64,000 nucleotides of DNA from Longimicrobiales bacterium (GCA_965203485.1 OZ241892.1:896001-960000); one strand, 5' to 3'; counted from the first letter of the stretch, positions 38,181-48,665 are shown. Notes: a model not told the origin generated them from the letters alone. Program-made: numbers and translations.

Positions 38181-39077
38181 ATGCGCGCCCTTCGCAGCGA
38201 GAAGAACGGCCGCCAGCGGTTGCGCCGCTTGCTGGCGAAGGCGCTGGCGCCCGTCTTTCGGCGCGCCGACGAAGCCGGCCTGGACGAAGTCGAGGAGCGG
38301 CTGATCATGGCCGACTTCGGGGCCGAGGCCGCCGCTCGGTGCATCGCCGCGGCGGAGGCCGGCGCCAAGAGGGGCGCGGGCGTGGCCGAGTCCGTGGGTC
38401 GCGAGATCCGAGCCGTCCTGGGCGACGGCCCGCGACGGGAACTGGCGGTCGCCCCGCAACCCCCGTCCGTCTACCTCTTGGCGGGCGTCAACGGGGCGGG
38501 CAAGACGACGACGGCCGGCAAGCTCGCGGGCCGCTTGGCAACCGGGGGCCGCGCCGTCGTCCTTGCGGCGGCCGACACCTATCGCGCGGGCGCGGTCGAG
38601 CAGCTGCGGCGGTGGGCGGAGCGCGCGGGCGCGGACTTCGTGCGCGGCCAGCCGGGCGGCGACCCCGCCGCGGTCGCCTTCGACGCGGTAGCGGCGGCCA
38701 AGGCCCGCGCCGCCGACGTGGTGCTCTTGGACACGGCCGGCCGCCTCCACACCGACGACGGCCTTATGGCGGAACTCGCCAAGATCGCGCGAGTCGCGGG
38801 AAGGCAGAGCGCCGGCGCTCCGCACGAGACGCTCCTCGTCCTGGACGCGGCATCCGGGCAGAACAGCTTGGCCCAGGCCCGGGCCTTCTCGCGGGCGGCG
38901 CCGGTCAGCGGCGTGGTCCTGGCGAAGATGGACTCGACCGCGCGCGGGGGCATCGTCGTCGCCCTGAAGCAGGAGCTGGGACTGGACGTCCGCTTCGTCG
39001 GCGTCGGCGAGGCCATCGGCGACCTGGAGCACTTCAACCCCGATTCCTTCGTGCACGGCGTGCTCGCGGCCTCGTGA
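38181..39077 (+). CDS. ftsY: Signal recognition particle receptor FtsY
   Basis: GVNGAGKTTT, DTYRAGA, DTAGR, KMDSTARGG, GVGE. Confidence 0.95.
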   Translation: MRALRSEKNGRQRLRRLLAKALAPVFRRADEAGLDEVEERLIMADFGAEAAARCIAAAEAGAKRGAGVAESVGREIRAVLGDGPRRELAVAPQPPSVYLLAGVNGAGKTTTAGKLAGRLATGGRAVVLAAADTYRAGAVEQLRRWAERAGADFVRGQPGGDPAAVAFDAVAAAKARAADVVLLDTAGRLHTDDGLMAELAKIARVAGRQSAGAPHETLLVLDAASGQNSLAQARAFSRAAPVSGVVLAKMDSTARGGIVVALKQELGLDVRFVGVGEAIGDLEHFNPDSFVHGVLAAS

Positions 39078-41182
39078 GCGACTCGCCGCCCGCGGCCGGC
39101 CCGCCCCCCCTCGGCCCGCTCGACAAGCCCGTCGCGTTCCTCAAGGGCGTGGGGCCGCGCTGGGCGGAGCTGCTCGGACGCATGGGCATCCTGTCGGCCC
39201 GCGATCTCCTCTACCACACGCCGCGAGCCTACGACGACGCCTCGACCGTCACGCCGGCCGCCCTCGCCGCCGTCGGCGCCGACGTCGCCGTCCTCGGCAC
39301 GGTTCGCGACACCGGCGTCGTCCCCACGCGATCCGGCCTCAAGATCGCGCAGGCCGTCGTCGAGGACGACAGCGGCGCCGTCACGTGCTCGTGGCCCGGA
39401 CAGCCCTGGGTGCTCCGCCAGCTCAAGCGGGGCGACCGAATCCTCGTGCGCGGCCCGGTGAAGTTCTTCCACGGCCGCCAGATCCAGCCGCGGGAATACG
39501 CCGTGCTCGCCCGAAGCGGCGCCGGCGACCGCGAGGGCAGGGTCTTCGTGGTCTACCCCGCGTCCGAAGACGTGCCCCAGTGGTTCCTTCGCCGCGTCGT
39601 CGCGCGCAATCTCGACTGGCTCGTCCAGCAGGCGCGCGAGGAGGAGTTTCTCGACGCGGACGCCCGCGACGCCCTCGGCCTTGTGGCGTCGGCGGACGCC
39701 CTCGAGGCCCTCCATCGCCCCCGCGCCCTGGAAGACGCGTCCCCCGCCGGTCCCGCCTGCCGCCGTCTCGCCTTCGACGAGTTCTTCTTCCTTCAGCTCC
39801 TCCAGGCGCGCGCGCGGCATGCGGCCACGCGGTCCCGGCCCGGCATCGCCTTCCGCCGAACCGACGCGCTCGTCGAACCGCTCTACCGGTCGCTTTCCTT
39901 CAAGCTCACGGGCGCCCAGGTGCGCGTCCTGCGCGAGATCATGGCCGACATGACGTCGCCCAGGCGAATGAACCGAATGCTCCAGGGCGACGTCGGCTCG
40001 GGCAAGACCGTCGTGGCCCTCTTCGCCATGCTCGTCGCCGTGGAGGCGGGCTGGCAGGCCGCGCTCATGGCCCCCACCGAGATCCTCGCGGAGCAGCATG
40101 CCCGCAGCATCGCCGGCATGACCGAACGCCTCCCGGTGGAGCTGGCCGTCCTCACCGGCTCGGCCGCCGGCCGCCGCCGGGAGGAGCTGCGCGCCCGCGT
40201 CGCGTCGGGCGGCGCGCAACTGGTCGTGGGCACACACGCGCTCATCCAGGAAGGCGTCGAGTTCGGTCGGCTCGGCCTCGTGGTCGTGGACGAACAGCAC
40301 CGCTTCGGGGTTCGCCAGCGCAGGGCCCTGGCCCGCCGCGACCCGTGGCCCGACATGCTGGTCATGTCGGCCACGCCGATTCCCCGATCGCTGTCCATGG
40401 CCCTCTACGGCGACGTGGACATGAGCGTGATCGACGAGCTGCCCGCCGGCCGCCGGCCCGTCGCCACCCGGCTCGCGCGTCCCTCGGAGCGCGGCGACGT
40501 CATGGCCGAGGTCGGACGCGCGGTGGACGCCGGCGGCCAAGCGTACCTGGTGTATCCGGCGATCGAGGAATCCGAGGCGGGCGATCTTCGGTCGGCCGAG
40601 GCCGAGTTCGAGCGGCTGAAGGAGGGCGACTTGGCGGGCCGCAGGCTGGCGCTCCTCCACGGACGCGTTCCCGGTCCGGAGAAGGACGAAGTCATGCGCG
40701 GCTTCCTGGCGGGCCGCATCGACGTGCTCGTCGCCACCACGGTGGTGGAAGTCGGCATCGACGTGCCCGCCGCGACCATCATGGTGGTCGAGAACGCCGA
40801 GCGCTTCGGCCTCTCTCAGCTCCACCAGCTGCGTGGAAGAGTGGGGCGGGGGAGCCGTCCGGGCACGTGCGTTCTGATCTCCGAGGCGGCCGACGCACGC
40901 TTGGCCGTGCTGGCGCGCACCAACGACGGCTTCGAAGTTGCCGCCGAAGACCTCCGCCTCCGCGGCCAAGGCGACCTCTTCGGCGCCGAGCAGCACGGCC
41001 ACGGCGCCAAGTTCAAGTTTGCCAGGCTCTTCGAGGATCGCGACCTTCTCCAGCTCGCCCACGAGCGCGCCCGCGGCATCGTGGACGCGGACCCCTCGCT
41101 GTCGCGGCCGCGCCACGAAGCCCTTCGCACCGGTCTGCAGCGCCGCTTTCGCGAGAAGGCCGAGCTGTTCGGCGTGGGGTGA
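39074..41182 (+). CDS. recG: ATP-dependent DNA helicase RecG
   Basis: LKGVGP, QGDVGSGKT, APTEILAEQH, DEQHRFG, SATPIPR, QLRGRVGRG; GTG overlaps the ftsY stop. Confidence 0.96.
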   Translation: MSDSPPAAGPPPLGPLDKPVAFLKGVGPRWAELLGRMGILSARDLLYHTPRAYDDASTVTPAALAAVGADVAVLGTVRDTGVVPTRSGLKIAQAVVEDDSGAVTCSWPGQPWVLRQLKRGDRILVRGPVKFFHGRQIQPREYAVLARSGAGDREGRVFVVYPASEDVPQWFLRRVVARNLDWLVQQAREEEFLDADARDALGLVASADALEALHRPRALEDASPAGPACRRLAFDEFFFLQLLQARARHAATRSRPGIAFRRTDALVEPLYRSLSFKLTGAQVRVLREIMADMTSPRRMNRMLQGDVGSGKTVVALFAMLVAVEAGWQAALMAPTEILAEQHARSIAGMTERLPVELAVLTGSAAGRRREELRARVASGGAQLVVGTHALIQEGVEFGRLGLVVVDEQHRFGVRQRRALARRDPWPDMLVMSATPIPRSLSMALYGDVDMSVIDELPAGRRPVATRLARPSERGDVMAEVGRAVDAGGQAYLVYPAIEESEAGDLRSAEAEFERLKEGDLAGRRLALLHGRVPGPEKDEVMRGFLAGRIDVLVATTVVEVGIDVPAATIMVVENAERFGLSQLHQLRGRVGRGSRPGTCVLISEAADARLAVLARTNDGFEVAAEDLRLRGQGDLFGAEQHGHGAKFKFARLFEDRDLLQLAHERARGIVDADPSLSRPRHEALRTGLQRRFREKAELFGVG

Positions 41183-41266
41183 CCGTCCCGGACGCCCGCC
41201 GTCCGCCGCCCGCGTCCGGCCCCGTTGCTGGCCCGCCGGCGTTTCGCCGCATTATCGTTTCGGCGC

Positions 41267-42640
41267 ATGACTCCTCCTTCCGACTCGAGCGGTTCCCGGC
41301 CGGACCCCGGCTCGTCCGCCGCCCGGCGCCCCGGCGAACCTCCGGCCCCCGCCGCGCGCCTCGTCAAGGACCTCGCCTCGGCGGAGAACGGCTTGGCGGC
41401 CGTTTCCGGCTGGGTCGAGACCGTGCGCGCCCACAAGAACGTGACGTTCGTGGTCCTGCGCGACGGCACGGGGATCATGCAGGCCGTGGTCGGCCGCCGC
41501 GACGTCCCGCCCGAGACGTGGGAGCGCGCGGCCGCGCTCGCCCAAGAGACCTGCGTGACCCTGGCCGGAACGATCCGAGCCGATCCTCGTTCGCCCGGCG
41601 GCTTCGAGATGGGCGTGTCGGCGGTCGAGGTGATCGGCGAGAGCGAAGAGTATCCCCTGCAGCCCAAGGAGCACGGCGTCGAGTTTCTGCTCGACCATCG
41701 CCACCTCTGGCTGCGGTCCAGCCGGCAGCGGGCCGGACTGCGGATTCGGGCCGAAGTCGAGCAGGCGATTCACGACTTCCTGTACCAGCGCGACTTCGTC
41801 CGGGTGGACACGCCCGTCCTCACGGGCGCCATCGGCGAGTCCGCCGGCGCCCTCTTCGAGACGGACTACTTCGGACGGCCCGCGTTCCTTGCCCAGACGG
41901 GACAGCTGTACGTCGAGACCGCTTGTCCGGCGTTCCGGAAGGTCTATTGCTTCGGCCCCACCTTTCGCGCGGAAAAGTCCAAGACCCGCCGCCACTTGAC
42001 CGAGTTCTGGATGGTGGAGCCCGAAGTCGCCTTCGCCGACTCGAACGACAACATGGTCCTCCAGGAGGAGTTCGTCGCCCACTTCGTCCGGCGCGTCCTG
42101 GACCGGTGCGCGGACGAGCTGGCCGTGCTGGAGCGCGACACGGCTCCCCTGGAAGCCGTCGTTCCCCCGTTTCCGCGCATCAGCTACGACGAAGCCGTGG
42201 AGCGGCTCGCCGCCGAGGGACATGCCTTCGAATGGGGCGCCGACCTGGGCGCGCCCGAGGAGGCCCGAATCTCGGGCTGGTTCGACAAGCCGGTCTTCGT
42301 CCACGACTACCCCAAGGCCGCCAAGGCGTTCTACATGAAGGAGAATCCCGCGGACCCGCGCAAGGCGCTGTGCAACGACCTGCTCGCTCCGGACGGCTTC
42401 GGCGAAATCGTCGGCGGCAGCCAGCGCGAGGACGACCACGACCGCCTCTTGGCCCGCATTCGCGAAGAGGGGCTTCCCGAGGAGGCGTACGGCTGGTACC
42501 TCGACATCCGCAAGTTCGGCGCCTTCCCGCACTCCGGCTTCGGACTCGGACTCGAACGCGCGGTGGCGTGGATCGCGGGCCGCCGCCACATCCGCGAGGT
42601 GGTTCCGTACCCGAGGATGATCAACCGGCTGGCGCCGTGA
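41267..42640 (+). CDS. asnS: Asparagine--tRNA ligase
   Basis: LRDGTG OB-fold, RHLWLRS, FGPTFRAEKSKTRRHLTEFWMVEPE, GGSQRE, PHSGFGLGLER. Confidence 0.93.
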   Translation: MTPPSDSSGSRPDPGSSAARRPGEPPAPAARLVKDLASAENGLAAVSGWVETVRAHKNVTFVVLRDGTGIMQAVVGRRDVPPETWERAAALAQETCVTLAGTIRADPRSPGGFEMGVSAVEVIGESEEYPLQPKEHGVEFLLDHRHLWLRSSRQRAGLRIRAEVEQAIHDFLYQRDFVRVDTPVLTGAIGESAGALFETDYFGRPAFLAQTGQLYVETACPAFRKVYCFGPTFRAEKSKTRRHLTEFWMVEPEVAFADSNDNMVLQEEFVAHFVRRVLDRCADELAVLERDTAPLEAVVPPFPRISYDEAVERLAAEGHAFEWGADLGAPEEARISGWFDKPVFVHDYPKAAKAFYMKENPADPRKALCNDLLAPDGFGEIVGGSQREDDHDRLLARIREEGLPEEAYGWYLDIRKFGAFPHSGFGLGLERAVAWIAGRRHIREVVPYPRMINRLAP

Positions 42641-42650
42641 CGCGCTAGCC

Positions 42651-43697
42651 GTGGCGACGCTCGTCCTCGACTTGATGGACAGCCGGCCCCTCCTGGCGTT
42701 TCCGGGATGGGCCCGCGAGGCGATCCTCGGCGCCGTCCCGCGCGGCTGGTCCACCGCCGTGCTCGACGTGCCGGCGAACGCGTCGGGCGACGGCGTGCAG
42801 CGATTTCCGCCGGAGTTGCTGGACGAGGCCGCGGACGCCCGCGTCTACGTCGGCTACGGCGTCTCGCCCGAGTTCCTGAGGGTTGCGCCGCGCCTCGAGT
42901 GGGTGCACTCGGGCGCGGCGGGCGTGGCGTCTTCGCTCGGCCCCGAAATGCTCTCCCGGCCCGTCCATTTCACCAACTCGGCCGGAATCCACGGACCGCC
43001 GGTCGCGGAGACGGCGGTGGCCGCGATGCTCTACTTCGCCCGCGGCCTCGACTTGGCGGTGCGCGCGCAGCGCGAAGGACGGTGGGGAGGCGACGACTTC
43101 TGGGGGGACGATTCGCCTGTCGCGGAGCTGAGCGCGTCGGTCGTCGGAGTGGTCGGCTACGGGGGGATCGGCCGCGGCGTGGCCGAGCGGGCCCTGGCGA
43201 TGGGCAGCCGGGTCCTGGCCTTGCGCAGGCGCGCCGCGAGGGCGGAGCCGCCCGTCCGTCCGGAAGAGGGACGCCTCGAGGTCTGCTCCGGCGACGCGGC
43301 CCTGGCCCGCATCGCGGCCGAGTCAGACTACCTGGTGCTCGCGGCTCCGGAGACGCCGCAGACCCGCGGGCTGGTCGGACGCAGAATGCTCGCCTCGATG
43401 AAGGCGCGGGCCGTGCTGGTGAACGTGGCGCGCGGCGGCCTCGTGGACGAGGAAGCGTTGCTGGCCGCCCTGAACTCCGGCCGCCTCCGCGGAGCCGCGC
43501 TCGACGTGTTTCGCGAGGAGCCGTTGCCGCCCGGCCATCCGTTCTTCGCGCACCCGCGGGTGCTCGTCACGCCGCACGTCTCGGCGGCGACCCGCAACTA
43601 CTGGAAGCGCCAAGTGGCCCTGGTCGCCGACAACATCCGGAGATTCGCGCGGGGCGAGCCGCTCCGCAACGTCGTGGACAAGCAGGCGGGGTACTGA
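42651..43697 (+). CDS. D-2-hydroxyacid dehydrogenase family protein
   Basis: GVVGYGGIG, VNVARG, ALDVFREEPLP, TPHVS. Confidence 0.9.
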   Translation: MATLVLDLMDSRPLLAFPGWAREAILGAVPRGWSTAVLDVPANASGDGVQRFPPELLDEAADARVYVGYGVSPEFLRVAPRLEWVHSGAAGVASSLGPEMLSRPVHFTNSAGIHGPPVAETAVAAMLYFARGLDLAVRAQREGRWGGDDFWGDDSPVAELSASVVGVVGYGGIGRGVAERALAMGSRVLALRRRAARAEPPVRPEEGRLEVCSGDAALARIAAESDYLVLAAPETPQTRGLVGRRMLASMKARAVLVNVARGGLVDEEALLAALNSGRLRGAALDVFREEPLPPGHPFFAHPRVLVTPHVSAATRNYWKRQVALVADNIRRFARGEPLRNVVDKQAGY

Positions 43698-43718
43698 TCT
43701 TCCGGCCCGCCGACTAGA

Positions 43719-44417
43719 CTAGCGTCCGCTTCGGCCCCCGGCGGCCTCCTCCGCCTTCACCTCGTCCCACAGGTGGTCCAGATGCTCCAGGCTCGTCCCC
43801 GGCATCGCGACGCCCCTCTCCAGGGCCAGCTCCCGCACCCGCCCAAGCCGCCGCTCGAACTTGTCGGTCGCCCGATTCAGCGCCGCCCGCGGCTCCACGC
43901 CCGCGGCCCTGGCCAAGTTGACCGCCGCGAACAGAAGGTCGCCCACCTCGTCGCGCAGCAAGTCGCCGGCGCCCGAGCCGGCCGGGCCGTCCGCGCCCGG
44001 CTCCGCCGCGAGGAGAAGCTCCGCCACTTCGTCCGCTTCCTCGCGCACGCAAGCGATCGGGCCCCGAACATCGGGCCAGTCGAACCCCAACGCGCCCGCC
44101 TGGTCCTGGGCGTGGAGGGCTCGGTCCAGCGCGGAGCCCGTCGGCCCGCCGCCCGCCGAGGCCGCTTTCCGCGCCCGAGCAAGCGCATCGGACCCCGTGG
44201 GCGCGGCCTGCGCTCCGCCCGCTGTGCGGGGCTTGCCGTCTCCGTCGATGCTGGTTCCCCCCTTGGGGCCAAGAAGCCGCGCGGCCGGCCCGCGTCGGTC
44301 GGCGTTCTCGCGGTGTGGACGGCTCCAGCGGCCCAGGCGTCTCCCGCCTCGCGACCCGCTCCGCCGCTCCGGGCCGCGCAGCACGCCTCGCCGCCGCGCT
44401 CCTCCCGCGCGCCGCAT
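43719..44417 (-). CDS. mazG: MazG-like nucleoside triphosphate pyrophosphohydrolase, only the C-terminal domain recognisable
   Basis: GFDW, EEADEV, DEVGDLLFAAVNLAR, ATDKFERR, LDHLWDEVK; homology covers about 43719-44140; start unclear. Confidence 0.7.
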   Translation of the reverse strand: MRRAGGARRRGVLRGPERRSGSRGGRRLGRWSRPHRENADRRGPAARLLGPKGGTSIDGDGKPRTAGGAQAAPTGSDALARARKAASAGGGPTGSALDRALHAQDQAGALGFDWPDVRGPIACVREEADEVAELLLAAEPGADGPAGSGAGDLLRDEVGDLLFAAVNLARAAGVEPRAALNRATDKFERRLGRVRELALERGVAMPGTSLEHLDHLWDEVKAEEAAGGRSGR

Positions 44418-44469
44418 CGTACGCGCGCGGACGCGCCTCGTCCAGCTCCTCCCGCGCGGCCGCTCCACC

Positions 44470-45663
44470 TTGCTTGACCACCGGCGTCGCGGCGCCCCGC
44501 CGCGGGGCAAGGAGAGCCCCGCGCAAGGAACGCGCCCCCCCGCCGACGCGCGCGCGTGGCTCGAAGTCGACGCGGGCGCGTTGCGCCGCAACCTCCGGCG
44601 AATCCGCGACGCGGCCTCCCCGGGCGCCAGGCTGATCCCCATGGTCAAGTCGGACGCCTACGGAACGGGAGCGCTGCCCGCCGTCGAGGCGTTGCGCGCC
44701 GCCGGTCCGTGGGGATTCGGCGTGGCCACCGTCGAAGAGGGAAGGGAACTTCGTCGCGCAGGCGTGCGCGAGCCCGTCATGATCTTCTGTCCGGTACCGC
44801 CGCGAGCGCTGGCGGCCGCGCTCGACGCCGATCTCGTTCCTTGCGTCTCGGACTTGCCGGGGCTCGCGGCGCTCGAGGAACTCGCGCCCGCGTCCGCCCG
44901 TCCCGCCGCCTTTCAGATCGAGGTGGACACCGGCATGGGCCGGGCCGGCTTCTTTCTGCACGAGCGCTCCGGCTGGTGGGACGCCGTCGCGGCGGCGGCG
45001 CAGTCGGGCCTCCGCTTGGCCGGCGTGTTCACGCACCTGCACTCCGCCGACGCGCCCGACTTGGCCGGCGCCCGACGCCAGCTGGAGCGGTTCGACGAGT
45101 TCGTCGCCTGGATGCGCCGAGCCGGCGGCCTGGGCGCGGACGACGATCTGCTCGTCCACTGCTCCAACAGCGCGGGCGCCCTGCGCCTTCGCTCTCGCAC
45201 CGAGAACGCCGTGCGCCCCGGCGTCTTCCTCTACGGAGGACGCGCGTTCGACGCGCCGGTTCGCCCGGAGCCCGTGGTGGCTCTGCGCGCGCGCGTCGTC
45301 CTTGCGCGCGACGTGCCCGCCGGCACGACGCTGGGCTACGGCGCCACGTACCGCGCCGCGCGATCCGAACGCTGGGCCACCGTGGCCCTCGGCTACGGAG
45401 ACGGTCTGCGGCGCGGCCTGGGGAACAAGGGCGCGGCCCTGGTCGCGGGCCGCCGGGCGCCGATCGTCGGGCGCGTCTCCATGAACGCAACCGTCGTTCG
45501 CGCGCCTCCGGCGACCGTCCCCGGCGATGTCGTTACCTTTCTGGGACGAGACGCCGGGTCGGAGATCGGCCTGGACCGCTTCGCGGAGGCCGCAGGCACG
45601 ATCAGCTACGAGATTCTGACCGGCCTTTCGCCCCGGTTGCCCAGAGTCCGGCTGGAATCCTGA
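44470..45663 (+). CDS. alr: Alanine racemase
   Basis: RAWLEVD..ALRRN, MVKSDAYG (PLP lysine), DTGMGRAG, NSAG, RPG..LYG, GYGDG, ISYEIL; start estimated (TTG 44470). Confidence 0.92.
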   Translation: MLDHRRRGAPPRGKESPAQGTRPPADARAWLEVDAGALRRNLRRIRDAASPGARLIPMVKSDAYGTGALPAVEALRAAGPWGFGVATVEEGRELRRAGVREPVMIFCPVPPRALAAALDADLVPCVSDLPGLAALEELAPASARPAAFQIEVDTGMGRAGFFLHERSGWWDAVAAAAQSGLRLAGVFTHLHSADAPDLAGARRQLERFDEFVAWMRRAGGLGADDDLLVHCSNSAGALRLRSRTENAVRPGVFLYGGRAFDAPVRPEPVVALRARVVLARDVPAGTTLGYGATYRAARSERWATVALGYGDGLRRGLGNKGAALVAGRRAPIVGRVSMNATVVRAPPATVPGDVVTFLGRDAGSEIGLDRFAEAAGTISYEILTGLSPRLPRVRLES

Positions 45664-46076
45664 TGGCTCACCCCCCCAAGTCGCTGGCCCAAGCCGCCAC
45701 CGCCGCGCTTCTCCATGCGCACGCTCCCTATTCCCGCTTCCGGGTCGGCGCCGCGCTGGAGACCGAGTCGGGCGAGCGCTTCGCGGGATGCAACGTCGAG
45801 AACTCGTCCTACGGCCTCACCCTGTGCGCCGAGCGTTCGGCGGTGGCGAACGCGGTCGCCGCCGGCCATCGCCGCTTCCGCCGCATCGTCGTCGCCACCG
45901 AGCGCGAGCGTCCCGTGCCTCCCTGCGGCGCCTGCCGGCAGTTCCTGGCCGAGTTCGGACTCGATCTGGAGGTCTTCGGCGTCGCCGGGCGCGAGACCAA
46001 GCGGTGGTCCCTGCGGCGCCTGCTTCCGGATTCCTTTGAACTCCCGCCGCCTTCCGGCGGCGGCGAAGCCGCATGA
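45663..46076 (+). CDS. cdd: Cytidine deaminase (homotetrameric type)
   Basis: APYSRFRVGAAL, GCNVEN, CAER, PCGACRQ; ATG overlaps the alr stop. Confidence 0.95.
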   Translation: MAHPPKSLAQAATAALLHAHAPYSRFRVGAALETESGERFAGCNVENSSYGLTLCAERSAVANAVAAGHRRFRRIVVATERERPVPPCGACRQFLAEFGLDLEVFGVAGRETKRWSLRRLLPDSFELPPPSGGGEAA

Positions 46077-47458
46077 CCCCGCGCGCTGCGCGTTTCCGGC
46101 GCCCGTCCGCGCCGGCCGGCCGCCGGGCCGCCGAAGCGAGTTCCCCCAAGCGCAGATGGGCGGCCCTCCTTCCGTTGGTGGCCGGCGTTCTGCCCCTCGC
46201 CTGCCAAGAGCAGCTTCCGACCTCGGCCCGCGAGGACCTCGTGCCGGCCGGCATCCTCGTCGAAGTCACGCTGCCTTTCGACCAGTTCGCTTCCAACCTG
46301 CGCGTCTACGGCGGGTTCGGACGCGCGTCGGAGAGCCGCGGGGCATTCCTGGCCCACGAGTTCGGCACGACCGCCGCCGGCCCAGCTCGGCCGTCCCTGG
46401 CCGCCAAGACGCTGGTTCGCTTCGGGACCTATCCGTCGTCCGCGTCCGTGCGCGACACGGCCGGCACGCTCCGGACGGACTCTGCGATCGCGTTCGTCTC
46501 CGGACGCATCGCGGCGGTCTTCGACGCGCCGGGCACCGTCGCCGCCGGCCCGGTGGAGGTGGTCGCACACGAGATCGCGGAAGCCTGGGACGGAACAAGC
46601 GCCACGTGGAGCCATGCCGTGGACACCTTGAACGGGAGGGTCCCCTGGTCCGAAACCGGGGGAGGGCCGCCGCGGGAGGTCGCCCGCGCCGCGTGGGACC
46701 CGGCGGGAGGCGACACCCTCTTCCTGCAGGTCGATTCGGCGAGCGTGCACGCGTGGGCCGACACGGCGTCGGGCGTGCACGGCGTCCGCCTGGAGACCTC
46801 CACGCGGGGCGCCCGCGTCGAGCTGCGCTCGGCGTTCCTGTCCCTGCGAGCGCTCCCCAGCATCAATCCGGACACGATGCTGGACCTCGCCGTGCCGGTG
46901 CGGCGCAGGACGTTCGTGTACGATCCGTCCCCGCCTCCGCCCGCCCCCGGCGAGGCGAGGGTCGGCGGCGTCCCGGCTTGGCGGAGCGTCCTGGACCTGG
47001 ACGTGCCGGACCGGCTCGACGGTCCGCCCTACCTTTGCGCGGCCGTGCAGTGTCCCGTGCGCCTCGACGACAGCCGCGTCTCCTACGCGGCTCTGCAACT
47101 CGTGTCGCGCGCCCCTCCTTCCGCGTTCGCGCCCTCCGACTCGCTGGCCGTCGAAGTGCGCCCCGTCCTTGCCCCCGACTTCCTGCCCAAGTCGCCCTTG
47201 GGGGCGCCGGCCACGGGCCTCGCCGGGGCGCCCCTCGCGGCCCAGTGGTTCGCGCCTCCCGCCGGCAAGGTGGTCGAGGTCCCGATCACGGCGCTCGTGC
47301 GCGACCTGCTTCGGTCCGCCGAAACGGACGGCGCCGTCTCCAGCACGATCGCCCTTCTCGCGCCGCTGTCGCTGGCGTACGTCTCCTTCGAGGGCGCCGA
47401 TCCAGAGCGCGCCCCGCGCTTGCGACTGATACTCAGCTTCTCGGAGGCCGGCCGGTGA
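46073..47458 (+). CDS. Hypothetical lipoprotein
   Basis: Basic N-terminus, hydrophobic stretch, lipobox LPLAC; beta-rich; C-terminal P-R-L-R-L-I-L; coupled to both neighbours by overlapping codons. Confidence 0.65.
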   Translation: MTPRAARFRRPSAPAGRRAAEASSPKRRWAALLPLVAGVLPLACQEQLPTSAREDLVPAGILVEVTLPFDQFASNLRVYGGFGRASESRGAFLAHEFGTTAAGPARPSLAAKTLVRFGTYPSSASVRDTAGTLRTDSAIAFVSGRIAAVFDAPGTVAAGPVEVVAHEIAEAWDGTSATWSHAVDTLNGRVPWSETGGGPPREVARAAWDPAGGDTLFLQVDSASVHAWADTASGVHGVRLETSTRGARVELRSAFLSLRALPSINPDTMLDLAVPVRRRTFVYDPSPPPPAPGEARVGGVPAWRSVLDLDVPDRLDGPPYLCAAVQCPVRLDDSRVSYAALQLVSRAPPSAFAPSDSLAVEVRPVLAPDFLPKSPLGAPATGLAGAPLAAQWFAPPAGKVVEVPITALVRDLLRSAETDGAVSSTIALLAPLSLAYVSFEGADPERAPRLRLILSFSEAGR

Positions 47459-48651
47459 GGCGCCGGCGGGACCGGGCGAGGCTTGGCGCGCGCGCCGTCT
47501 TGGCCGCCGCCTCCGCGGCGCTCGCGCCCGGTCTCCCCGGCGCGGCCGAGGCGCAGTCGCTCATGGGAGTTCGAGGCCTGGGCGTTCTCGGAGGGGCGGC
47601 CGGCGGACGCGCCGCGGCCGTCGGCAACCTGGGGATCGGCCTGGCCGGGGTGGAGGTCTCGGCCTCCGACCCGACGGCGGGCAAGGACCTGGGCGTGCCC
47701 ACGATCAGCCTGACGATGCAGCCCACCTGGGGCGAGTTCGAACTCGGCGCCGAGCGCGGCGACGTGCGCACCACCCGTTTTCCGCTGGTCGGCATCGTGT
47801 TTCCGCTGCTGGGCGTCCGGGGCGCCGTGACGGCGGCGATTTCGGGCCGCATGGACCAGCGGTGGTCGGGCGAAGTTCCCCGGACCGTGGACTTGGGCGA
47901 GGGCGGCGTGCCGGTGTCGGACCGCTTCCAGGCGGACGGTGGGATTTCGGTCGTGCGCGCAGGCTGGGTGCAGCGCATACGCGGGACGTTCGCCGCGGGC
48001 GTTTCGGTGGGCGCGTATCTGGGCCGCCTGGACCAGACGTTCGACCGCGCCCTGGACACGCTTACCCTCGGCGGCGTCCAGAGCTTTGTTCAGGAAGGCG
48101 CGTGGCGGTACAGCGGCGCCACCGTGACCGTCGGCGCGAGCGCGTCGCCCCACCGGCTGATCCACTTGGCCGGCGCCGTCGAGTGGTCCGGCAAGCTGAC
48201 CGAGTCGCCCAGCGACGACGGCGAACCGCGTACCTATGCCATCCCGCTTCGCGTGCTCGCGGGCGCCACCGGGAGGCTCACGTCGAGGCTCGCCCTCAAC
48301 GCGTCGCTTGCGTTTCAGGACTGGTCGGCCGCGTCGGGCTTCGCCCCGGGCACGACCTCGGGCAGCAAGTTCAGCTACGGAGCGGGCGTGGAAGCGACGC
48401 TCGCGCAGGGCGAGAGCCGAAGCGTGCCGTTGCGCGCCGGGTTCCGCCGGGTGGCCCAGCCGTTCCGGTTCGAGTCCGCGGACCCCGAAGAGACCATTTG
48501 GTCGGTCGGACTGGGCCTCAACCTCGTCGAGACCGAAGGCCGCCGCCGCGGGTGGGTGGACATCGGCGCCGAGCGGGGCAGGCGGGCCAGCGCTCCCCTG
48601 GTCGAGCAGTACTGGCGGGCCACGGTGTCGTTGGGCATCTCGCAGTTCTGA
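47455..48651 (+). CDS. Putative outer-membrane beta-barrel (FadL/long-chain transporter-like)
   Basis: Signal ending AEA-QS; N-terminal GLG..GRAAAVG plug-like segment; amphipathic strands; terminal Phe. Confidence 0.65.
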   Translation: MRRRRDRARLGARAVLAAASAALAPGLPGAAEAQSLMGVRGLGVLGGAAGGRAAAVGNLGIGLAGVEVSASDPTAGKDLGVPTISLTMQPTWGEFELGAERGDVRTTRFPLVGIVFPLLGVRGAVTAAISGRMDQRWSGEVPRTVDLGEGGVPVSDRFQADGGISVVRAGWVQRIRGTFAAGVSVGAYLGRLDQTFDRALDTLTLGGVQSFVQEGAWRYSGATVTVGASASPHRLIHLAGAVEWSGKLTESPSDDGEPRTYAIPLRVLAGATGRLTSRLALNASLAFQDWSAASGFAPGTTSGSKFSYGAGVEATLAQGESRSVPLRAGFRRVAQPFRFESADPEETIWSVGLGLNLVETEGRRRGWVDIGAERGRRASAPLVEQYWRATVSLGISQF

Positions 48652-48665
48652 AGGAGAACCGCGTC

